Assembly (NCBI GenBank): GCA_964016885.1 | Contig: OZ024742.1 | Coordinates: 343,790,001 to 343,854,000 of the forward strand | DNA from: Eledone cirrhosa | Lineage: Eukaryota | DNA length: 64,000 nt | Reading direction: 5' to 3' | Shown here: piece by piece, positions 53,515 through 64,000 of the stretch | Numbering within the stretch: the stretch's first letter is position 1 | How the letters are laid out: each line of letters opens with the position of its first letter | The notes under the pieces: model-generated | The model's database searches: none | Told to the model about the DNA's origin: nothing | Seen by the model: the letters and a program-made list of their open reading frames with translations, nothing else | Made by a program: the position numbers and the translations under genes

Positions 53515-56089
53515 CGTTCGATATCCTAACAGTACCACCGATATACCATCCTCGATCGGTATCTTATTTATCGACCGCGAAATAATGAAAGATAAAGTTG
53601 ACCGCGTCGTGATTTGTAATCAGAGCGCAGAACTTCTTCTTGAGTCCTCTCTCCATCGAAGGTGAACCATTTACTGTTTCTAATGGCTAGAATATATGTA
53701 GCTACACCTGCATAATCATAGATTTCTCCGTTAACTGGAGCTGTTGTGCCAATCCACTGTCGAATTAATAGCTGATCATCTATGAAGCCACTCGTGTTCA
53801 CGACACCGAGGTCATCTATTTAAACTGATGATCATCGCATTGGCTACTGCTTAATATAAGGCAAGCAGGATTTTTATCAAGGGTTACACCTCTAGATCCG
53901 ACTTGTTGTGTTAGATTATTCTATGATAGCCATATCAGAGGCACCTCATGTATGATGTGGCTCTTCACCACTCAAGTCGGTCTTCGAACTGAGAGAGGTT
54001 AGGTGCTCAGCTCCAATGATCATATATTGCACATCATCAGTTCACTGAGTGGCATGTTGAACAGACACTGGGACATACAGAGACGTCACAAAGACCATCC
54101 AGAGCGCAGAGAACGGGAATAACTTACCGCAAATCATTTAATCCGATGCTTTAGCCACTGTGCTACTTAGCTACCGTATGTGGTCACACATTTATGGAGT
54201 AGATAGAGGAGTTTTAATTGACTTACACCGTATTTTAATATCTACTAACTTAAGTTTAATGCATCACATATTACGAGTGGCCGCTTCATGGCAGTATGGT
54301 TAAGAAGTTTGCTTCATAATCATTTGATCTGGAGTCCAATCCCCCTACGTAGAAACTTGAACAAGTGTCATTTACCATAACCTTGTGTCGACCAATGCCT
54401 TGAGAGGGAAATTGGTTCGGAAGCGCGTCGGATGTACTGTACCTGTAATTCAAAGAGCCAGGGCTAGTCATAATATATCATGCTGAATCTCCTCGAGAAT
54501 TACGTCAAAGTGTGCGCGTGTCTGTGGAAGGCTAAGCCACATACACATTAATTATAAGAGCAGGCAGTTCTCTTAATTGTACAACTTGCTGACTCATCGT
54601 CGAAACTGACAGAAGTCCGTACCAAAATATTATGCAAATATTAGCAAAATAAGTGTATTTCAAACAGAAGTGGTAATTTGATACATCTTCTTCAATGTGA
54701 CACAAATTAAATGACAAATCTAACTCAATGTCACAAAAAAGTCAACTGTTCACGTTAAGACAAACTATTATGGATTGTCACAACTATTTAAAAAATACTT
54801 CAACGTCTTTAAGATATATAAAAAACGCTGATTGAATAACAAAAGGGTTTACTTCAATTATTTCATTAAGATACTCAACAACTACTGATAAGATTAAATA
54901 CAGTGACTCCCGTATCTACACGGTTTTAAATATGGTGACTTTCAATATACACGGAAAATATCTATGGAAAAATTCAGAAAACTACAAAAATTAATGAAGT
55001 ACTCTTCCACATGAAACCTACCACCTAATGCTCAATCGTTAGAGAACCTGATGTTTACCTCTTCCAAAATATCAATATATTAATATATAAGCATGTTTAT
55101 ATAAGGATATTGAGCACACGGCTTTTGAATAATATTGGAGAATCAATTGATCGCGCGAGGCGCGAACCCACTGAACTGTATTTAAATGTCACAGATTTTC
55201 TCAATGTTGAGGGTAAACCTCATTTAAACAGCCTAAAATTGTCTTTGATATGAAATGGATAAGTTAGTATTACTATTAATGTTGGGTTATAGGTATATAG
55301 GTATATCTAAATATAGGTATATAGGTGACAACAAACATTTACTGATGTGGTTACTTAATACTTATAGTGAAAGGGATGCTGGGCTCTTGTGTATGGAGTT
55401 GTAGAGGCACTGCAGTGATATATCGCGTGTCTTGGAACACAGGTTTGAACATAGTCGATATCTTCCAAAGAGAGAGAAATAGAGAGTGTGGTAGTGAAAA
55501 AGAGCCTCAGGTGTGGGATTAACCCTAATACGGGATTGGTACTTTATTTAACGATCCCAAAAAGATGAAATGCAAAGTTGACGTAAATATGACTCTTGCA
55601 GTAGAGTCTACCAAAGATGGTTTCATAATATACCTTACAATGTCTTCGCCTTTTTGATCTTAATCCAAACGAAAAAAAGAAATTGAAATTTACAGATCCC
55701 AGCTCTGCAGGTTTAGCTGGCTTTGTACGAGGCTGCATCTCATAGTAGCTTTCTTGGATGTTTTAATAAGAGACCAGTCCTATCACGAAAAGCAATGTGA
55801 AATGAAGTGTTGTACGCAAGAATATTGTGTGCCAGTTAGTTCAGGATCCAAACTCACGGCCTTATGTTTGTCAGTCCAACACCCTAGCCTCTAGGCGAAG
55901 CGCTTTCATTCTAGCTTATTTTCTCTGTTGCCCCAAAGATGGGTGGGAAGATTCTGAAATTCGTTCTCTCACCAGCAGATCAAATAAAATGTGTCTTGTA
56001 GATATTTGAGAAATGATTATAAATTGTAAATATATTTTACAACAATCTTCCTTTGTTCAGTGATGTATAAAAAAAGTTCATTGTTAGGT

Positions 56090-56660
56090 TAACTAAATCT
56101 TAGTATTGTGCTAACCAGCTTAGTACTGGGTGCACTAAATCTTAGTCTTGTGCCAACTAGCATAGTACTGGGTTAACTAAATCTTAGTCTTGTGCTAACT
56201 AGCATAGTACTGGGTTAACTAAATCTTAGTCTTGTGCCAATTAGTATAGTACTGGGTTAACTAAATCTTAGTCTTGTGCCAACTAGCATTGTACTGGGTT
56301 AACTAAATCTCAGTCTTAAATCAACTATTTCAGCGTTGGGTGACCTAGCTTAGTATTGGGTTAATTCGCTTTGTCTTGGATTAACTAGTTTAGCACTGGG
56401 TTAATTAGTTCAGTTTAGGTTCAACTGGCTTAATGTCGAGTTAACTAGCTTAGTGTTGGGCTAACTAGATTAATGTTATGTTAACTAGCTTAATTCTGGG
56501 TTAGTTAGCTTAACATTGGGTCAACTATCTTAGTGTTGGGTTACATAGCTTAGAGCTTATTTAACTAGCCTGTGTTGGGTTAACTCGTTTAGTGTTGGGT
56601 CACCTATCTTATAGTTGGATTAGCTAGATTGATGTTGGGTTAACTAGCTTAGTTAACTAT
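56090..56660. repeat. 42-bp minisatellite (dimer of a 21-bp unit) decaying into 21-bp units; resumes at about 56995-57030
   Basis: ACTAAATCTTAGTCTTGTGCC-AACTAGCATAGTACTGGGTTA repeats, then TTAACTAGCTTAGTGTTGGG-like units. Confidence 0.9.
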
Positions 56661-56995
56661 GGAGCTAAAGACTAACGAACGAGGCACTGCCCCACAGAGC
56701 AGATACAAACTATTGAGTGTGGAAATGCCGCAACAGATTAAGATCTAGTGTTGGTCGTGCAAAACTCAATCTGACAAAATGGGGATATTTAGAGTATGGG
56801 GCGTTGTGTGTGACTGAGGTACCGAACCACAGACTATGCAGCACCTCCTGGTATGCTGCCTGCTGGAACACTCCTGCACAGTATAGGACTTGGCAGATTT
56901 TAATGAGAAAGGACAGCAATGTGTTCAGCTGTGGTGGAACCACATCTAGCCAAGCTTCGTAGCTGACTCTCTTGTGGACATGATAAGAAGAAAGA
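56660..56995 (+). mobile_element. RTEX-like LINE 3' end with (AAG)n tail inserted into the minisatellite
   Basis: WKC.NRLRS.VGRAKLNLTKWGY...QTMQHLLVCCLL...CT..DL C-terminal motif. Confidence 0.75.
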
Positions 56996-57029
56996 ACTAG
57001 CTTAGTGTTGTGTTAACTAACTCAGTATT

Positions 57030-58760
57030 GATGGTAGTAGCTGTAGCAATTGTGATGATGATGATGATGATGGTAGGGATGGTGGTTGTAGCCGTGGTGG
57101 TTGTGATAATGGTGGTGATTGTGGTGGTGATTGTGGTGGTGATAGCACTGGTAGCGGTGACGGTTGTAGTTGTAGTGGTGATGATGGTAGTGGTGACGGT
57201 TGTTGTTGTGGTGGTGGTAGTTGTAGTGGTGGTAGTGGTTGTGGTGGTGGTAGTTGTAGTGGTGGTTGTAGTGCTGGTGATGGTGGTTGTGGTGGTGGGG
57301 GTTGTGGTTGTGGTGGTTGTGGTGGTGGGAGTTGTAGTGGTGGTTGTAGTGCTGGTGATGGGAGTTGTAGTGGTGGGGGTTGTGGTGGTGGTGGTTGTGG
57401 TGGTGGGGGTTGTGGGGGTGGGAGTTGCGGTGATGGTGGTTGTGGTGGTGGTGGTTGTGGTGGTGGTGGCTGTGGTGGTGGTGGTTGTGGTGATGGTGGT
57501 TGTGGTGATGGTGGTTGTGGTGGTGGTGGTTGTGGTGGTGGTGGTTGTGGTGGTGGTGGTTGTGGTGATGGTGGTTGTGGTGATGGTGGTTGTGGTGGTG
57601 GTGGCTGTGGTGGTGGTGGTTGTGGTGATGGTGGTTGTGGTGATGGTGGTTGTGGTGGTGGTGGTTGTGTGTGGTGGTGGCTGTGGTGGTGGTGGTTGTG
57701 GTGATGGTGGTTGTGGTGGTGGGAGTTGTGGTGATGGTGGTTGTGGTGGTGGTGGTGGTGGTGATGGTGGTTGTGGTGATGGTGGTTGTGGTGGTGGGAG
57801 TTGTGGTGGTGGTGGTTGTGGTGGTGGTGGTTGTTGTGGTGGTTGTGGTAGTGGTGATTGTGGTGATGGTGGTTGTGGTGGTGGTGGTGGTGGTGATGGT
57901 GGTTGTGGTGATGGTGGTTGTGGTGGTGGGAGTTGTGGTGGTGGTGGTTGTGGTGGTGGTGGTTGTTGTGGTGGTTGTGGTAGTGGTGGTTGTGGTGATG
58001 GTGGTTGTGGTGGTGGGGGTTGTGGTTGTGGTGGTTGTGGTGGTGGGGTTGTGGTGGTGGGAGTTGCGGTGATGGTGGTTGTGGTGGTGGTGGTTGTGGT
58101 GACGTTGATGATGATGGTGGTGATGTTGATGGTGGTAGTGGTGATGGTGATGATGGTAGTGGTGGTTGTGGTGGTGGTGATGTTAATGGGGGTAGTGGTG
58201 ATGGTGATGATGATGATGGTAGTGGTGGTTGTGGTGGTGGTGTTGTTTGTGGTGATGGTTGTAGTGGTGATGGTGATGTTGATGGTGGTGATGGTTGTAG
58301 TGGTGATGGTGATGTTGATGGTGGCGATGGTTGTAGTGGTGATGGTGAGGTTGATGGTGGTGATGGTGGTGATGATGATGGTGGTGATGATGATGGTGGT
58401 AGTGGTGATGGTGATGATGGTGGTAGTGGTGATGGTGATGATGTCGTTGGTGGTAGGGGTGATGATGGAGTTGATGGTGGTAGTGGTGATGGTGATGTTG
58501 ATGGTGATAGTGGGGATGGTGATGATGATGGTGATAGTGGTGATGGTGATGGTGATGTTGATGGCGGTGATGGTGATGTTGATGGTGGTAGTGGTGGGGG
58601 TGATGATGATGGTGGTGGTGATGGTGGTGATGGTGATGATGATGGTGGTGGTGATGGTGGTGATGGTGATGATGATGGTGATGGTGGTGATGGTGGTAGT
58701 GGTGGTGGTGGTAATGATGGAGTTGATGATACCTGGTGTAGGTGGTGCTGCTGATGATGA
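57030..58760. repeat. Cryptic trinucleotide satellite (GGT/TGT/GAT)n
   Basis: 1.7 kb of degenerate GGT/GAT triplets that produce the poly-Val and Gly/Asp pseudo-ORFs. Confidence 0.95.
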
Positions 58761-59211
58761 TGCGATTAATGACGGTAGTTAAAATAGTAATAATAGTTTC
58801 TACGTTTGGTACTAGGCCAGTGCACCACTGGTACTTTATTTTATCGACCCCGTAAGAATGAAAAGCAAAGTTAACCTCGGCGGGTTTGAACTCAGATCAT
58901 AAAGGGACGTAACTCTATACGTCAAAGCATGGCGTCCGACCCTCTACCGACACTGCCAATATAGTAATAATAGTAGTAATAGAAAATATTAGTAATAATA
59001 GTGGTAATTAAAGTAATAACAGTAATGCTAAAGATGTTTAAATTTAGTGACAATGTAATTATAATACTGTATCAGTAATGATGAAAGACAGAATTATAAT
59101 GATTGCCATTATAATTATCAAACCACAAAAAATTCTAAGATTTAATACAACACAAACAAGGCCGATACATTTAAACTAAATCTCTGTATCCCACAACACG
59201 AATACATACAA

Positions 59212-59265
<54 letters not shown>

Positions 59266-59343
59266 AAATGATATATATTATATACGTGTGTGTGTACATC
59301 TATGTTTTTATATAAGATATATTTCTGTATATATATATATCTA

Positions 59344-59433
<90 letters not shown>

Positions 59434-59851
59434 ATGTGTGTGTGTGTGTGTAAATACATATATATATATATATATATATGTGTGTGGGTGTGTTTCCACA
59501 CACACACACACACACACACACACATTCTCATTTTTCTTGATTTATACTCGAATAATCCAAATCCAATAAAGATAATTTATATCATTAATTATCTTCTAAT
59601 TAATTGATCGATTAAAGAGAGATGTAATATTCTATTTCGAATTAAAAGAATCAAAGGCAGTGGTGGTGGTGGAGGTGGCTGTGGACGGTGGAGTGGGCGT
59701 CGTCGTTTGCATGATCCACTTGAAGAGGTCACAACGTACAAAACACTAACGCAGGCTGAATTCTTTTAACTTTTTCTGGATAGTTCTATGATGAAACACA
59801 ACTTTTAAAACATCAATCGTTTTTCACATCTTAATTACACACGACAACACC

Positions 59852-59899
<48 letters not shown>

Positions 59900-60384
59900 C
59901 GAGAGAGAGAGAAGTAAAAGAGATGGAGGGCTAGAGAGAGAGAGGTAAAGAGATGGAGAGGTAAAATGAGACAGGTAAAAGAGATGGAGGGGGGTAGTGA
60001 GAGAGAGATAGAGAGGCAGAAATAAATAAAATAAAATAAATAAATAAAGAAAGAATGAAAGAAAGGAAGAGAATGGGAGAGATCATAGGTGCCTCTACGT
60101 GGTCGCTCCGAGAGCGAAAAATAGCAACCAAAATATCTATTAATTACACCCTAACCCTTTCCTGTTGAGTCGCTGATTAAACAGGCAAAAGATTTGATGT
60201 TCACTCATCAAAAAGATCAGAGGATGTCAACCCGTTTACAAAATAGCGACACATAAATTATCATTACCAGGGTCATATTATATATAATGCTGACTATGCT
60301 GAAGCTTAAGGGTTTCCACATGAACAAGGAGCCAATCAGTGTTTTTATTTTTATTTAGTGCTGTATTGGGATGAATGATTGAAA

Positions 60385-60720
60385 TACCCTCGGGTGTCGA
60401 ATAATCCGCCCCACCCCGCTTATCAATTTGCTGATTTTCCACCACCAGCTCTTATTTCACCCGGTTATTAGATTTTGCCAATCTAGTTCCGGCGACAATT
60501 AATTTTCTTTAGACTTTAAAAACATTATTCGTGAAAAAAAAAGTACATTACTAGAAATCCCATAAGTTATAAAATAAATAGGATGGGTTGGGGTCTCAAA
60601 ATGTAAACTAAATGATTAATTCTGGTTTTTAATAAAATCAACAGAGAGAATCTGGAAAAATTACTGATTTCGACGACCCGCTTATTACACCTCACCCCTA
60701 TTATTTGGGACCCGAGAGTA
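60385..60720. mobile_element. MITE with imperfect TIRs
   Basis: TACCCTCGGGTGTCGAATAAT ... ATTATTTGGGACCCGAGAGTA. Confidence 0.6.
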
Positions 60721-61818
60721 CCAGAGGGATCCGTACACGGGTTAATATGTCCATAATCATTACACCTCACTGCATAAAAGAAAACGTTTGGAAAGTAGCA
60801 CGGGATAACCTCCCTTAATAAATATAGAGGAAGTCTCTCACTAACACTGATATATAAATCTATACCAGTAAAAACACGAGTTGAGTGAAGACTAACGGCG
60901 GTGAATTGGTTGAGTCGCTAGAACGTCGGATAGAATGCCTTGCGGTATTTGTTTCGGCTCTCTGCCCTCTGAGCTCAAATAACGCCGAAGTCAACTTTAT
61001 CTCTCATCCATTCGAGGTTGATAAAAAAACTACCAGTAAGGTAATGGGGTCGGTTTTTTTCTATATATCTTTCATTTCCAATCTCTCACCCTCTATCCTT
61101 CTCTAGAAGAAATCTGCTGTAGTCATGCCTGGATAGGAGATGGGCTCCTCCAAGTTTACAAAATGTCCCAGAAACGCCGTACGTTAATACGGCGCCCCTA
61201 CGACCCACAGGAGTTATGGGACCATACATAGCTACATAGATACATACTTACATACTTACATGAACGCACGCATGTATGCATGCAAGCAGTGCCTGGTCTG
61301 GTAGACGAACGCACCAGTTTGTCACTTGAGTAGGTGTCACAGTATGTGGCATCCTAGATGAGGGGCCTACCCCCGCGAGACGGGAAGATTGTGATGCTGT
61401 CTGACCTTTTGCCGTCCCCTCGAATATGTTAGAAAATGATTCTTACAATCACTGTCCACGTGACCAAATGTTAGGCTTTAGTATTAGGTTTGTCAGCCAT
61501 TTTGTTCTTTATAATATCTCAGCATATTTTTCTCAAGGCGTTCTCATAACTGAAGTTAGGCCTTGTAGGAGAAAACTGGGTTTTTATCTGGCAGGAATAT
61601 GACTATTTCAGAGAGAGTGAGAGAGGGAGAGTGAGAGGGAGAGAGAGAAAGGGAGACAGAGAGTGAGAGGGAGGAGTGAGAGATTGATGGAGAGTAAAGG
61701 AGACAAAGTGAAAGGAAGAGAGTTTGTGGGAGAGAGTGAGACAAAGAGAATATGTATTATGTATACGTCAGTGTATGTGCTGTGTGATTGCGTGTGTGTG
61801 TGTGTGTATGTATATATA

Positions 61819-61863
<45 letters not shown>

Positions 61864-61882
61864 ATATCTATCTATCTATCTA

Positions 61883-61927
<45 letters not shown>

Positions 61928-62002
61928 ATCTATCTATATATATATATATGTGTGTATGTGTGTGTGTGTATCTATCTCTCTCTCTATATATGTGTGTGTG
62001 TG

Positions 62003-62049
<47 letters not shown>

Positions 62050-62069
62050 ATATATAAAAATTTGAAAAA

Positions 62070-63822
62070 TTGCATGACAATATTAATACCACAAACAAAG
62101 ACACAACAAACACAAAAATAACATTTGAAAACAACATCATAACAGAAAGCAAAGCAGACGACAAAGTCAACACCAATAAGATTTCATTTGCACAAACAAC
62201 AAAGAAATCTTTGACATATATACCTGAAAATATTTCAGATGTGGCACAAAGAATTGCAGACGCCAAACAATATATAACTGAAGGAGAGAGTGGTATTTTA
62301 TCGGTAAAAATGCCTCAAGAACTCACCAAAGACATTGAAAGTCGAACGGTCGTTTTCCGCACCATCAACAACACTTCAAAAAAACCTGAACAGCCAACTC
62401 AAACAGAAATCAAAACAGTACTTACAGAAGTACTTAATGAAACCACTTTCATAAGAAAAGACAGACTGTATGGAAGCAGCGATTATTATGAAGAACGAAT
62501 CGGCGGCAAAAAAAATGTGCTTTGTCACCGATTCGTTCGAAAAATTTTACCTTTTATCCATCTTATATGGGTAAAAGAACTCAACGCATATGGCTGGATG
62601 CAATGATGCCAGATGTGGACTAGACTACTGCTGGCTCATAGCTGGCTTCATCGATCCAGCGAATGACAACGTGATTTCCATTGGGAAAACCACAGGCAAT
62701 GCGTTCAGTGGAACAGGTATAGAACTTGTAGTGCAAATGAAGCCTGAACGCATCGCCCAAATACCCGACAGAATCCTATTAGAGGGCCAAGGGTATATAA
62801 ACATTAGCGTGGAGGGGAGAAGGCCGTCCTGTCATATCTGTGCTGGCAGAGGACACCTGAAGGCCGCTTGTCCCCAACTCAACAAAAAGAAAACCCTGCT
62901 ACCAACACCAGCTCCACCACCACCACCACAGCAGATAAACAAACAACAAAACTCAGTCCCACCCAACCCGTCCCTCAGTAAAACTACACCACCACCACAA
63001 CACAAACAGTCACAACACATTACCCCAAAACAAAATACAGGCCCACCCAACCCCTCACTCAATAAAACAACACAACCACCGCAGCCACAACACACAACAC
63101 AGTCTAACATAGTGACATCCATCTCCCCCACAAAGAAAACCAACACGGAAACATTACCAGCAAACATACCTCTTCCCTCCAACACTGAAGATAACCCAAC
63201 GAATTCGGAGGAAGAAACGGAGTCCTTCAGACAGATTAAAAGGAAAAAAAGAAAACATGTGCAAAACACACAAGGCCAAACAACCCCCACCCAAATGTCA
63301 ACACAATCCAACAAAACACAAAACACCCCTCCAGCAACAAACAAAACCAAACCTGCCCCTCCCCTCTACGAAACACTCACACCATCCGAAAAAAAGACAT
63401 TACACTATACTTACATCAACAGAAACAATAATAAATTAAATGAACTCATAAACAATAATCCTTCGGTACAAACCGAAGGTGTAAACTTTGTTTCTTCAGA
63501 AAACTACCCACATTTAAAATTAATAAAGATCCCAATGAACCTCTACCAAAAACTAAAAAAGGATTTTAAGGAGGACGTAGGACCACCCTCTGTCAAACCC
63601 ATAAACCGTGTCCTACTAAAAAGCTTTCCCCTCCCCTTCCCCTCCCCAACACAACTCCAAACACCCCAACCCCACCACACACTGACGACCCCACACCACC
63701 ACAAGACACCCCTTCACCCAACACCCCCGACCCCATGGAAGTCGTGCGACCTGAACCCCGGGAAGCAGAAAGGTAGGTCTCTACACTCTCCTTTGGCTCT
63801 GCCGCCCACATGGATGTGTTAA
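62070..63822 (+). mobile_element. L1/Tx1-clade LINE ORF1 (gag-like), frameshifted near 62480-62610
   Basis: VEGRRPSCHICAGRGHLKAACP CCHC knuckle followed by a Pro/Thr/Gln-rich region. ORFs 62070-62606 and 62590-63822 are pieces of one reading frame. Confidence 0.85.
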
Positions 63823-64000
63823 GAGTAGGCGGTTTGAATGCACGTGGCCTGGGCTCAACTTGGAAGCAAGCAAAGCTTCTAAATGACCTTAGGTCATGTG
63901 GTATAAATGTAATGGTTATCTGTGAGACTCGGATCAGCGTCGTGCGGCAGCTGGCCCCTACCTTCGATGACTTTGAGGTGCATGCATCTCTCTGTCAACC
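63810..64000 (+). mobile_element. LINE ORF2 start, apurinic-like endonuclease, runs off the window
   Basis: MDVLRVGGLNARGL...INVMVICETR matches the APE N-terminal NxxG and xET motifs; overlaps the ORF1 end by 13 nt. Confidence 0.9.

Noticed and set aside
57010-58782. 590-aa Val-rich and 249-aa Gly/Asp/Cys-rich proteins
   Set aside because: Degenerate (GGT/GAT)n satellite open in several frames, with no codon variety or splice signals.
62832-63350. Cys/Gly/Val-rich minus-strand ORF
   Set aside because: Antisense shadow of the Pro/Thr/Gln-rich LINE ORF1.

Overview
Repeat-dense, AT-rich eukaryotic DNA. The tRNA-derived SINEs, abundant (TA)n/(CA)n/(GA)n tracts and the neuropeptide sequence point to an octopod cephalopod. 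Almost all ORFs in the supplied track are artefacts of satellites, microsatellites or transposon debris. One real host gene can be assembled by hand on the minus strand: a small cardioactive peptide (SCP)-related neuropeptide precursor with exons 38667-38608, 23844-23661 and 22596-22586. The joined translation is ...ENEIPQKNINADQRTWRNMR|SDVYLALPRQ-GR-SDHQPDYTCC...CVA|EAY*. Its signal-peptide exon was not found in the window. The rest consists of a 41-bp satellite (1-6.4 kb), a 52-bp minisatellite, dozens of SINEs, fragments of RLE-type, RTE/RTEX and L1/Tx1 non-LTR elements, mariner and Tigger-like DNA transposons, and many Penelope-like (PLE) terminal repeats. The most striking unannotated layer is a cluster of self-cleaving-ribozyme folds in and around the SCP gene's introns: several type I hammerheads, a repeated 'half-hammerhead' and one HDV-like fold, often inside inverted repeats embedded in (TA)n.
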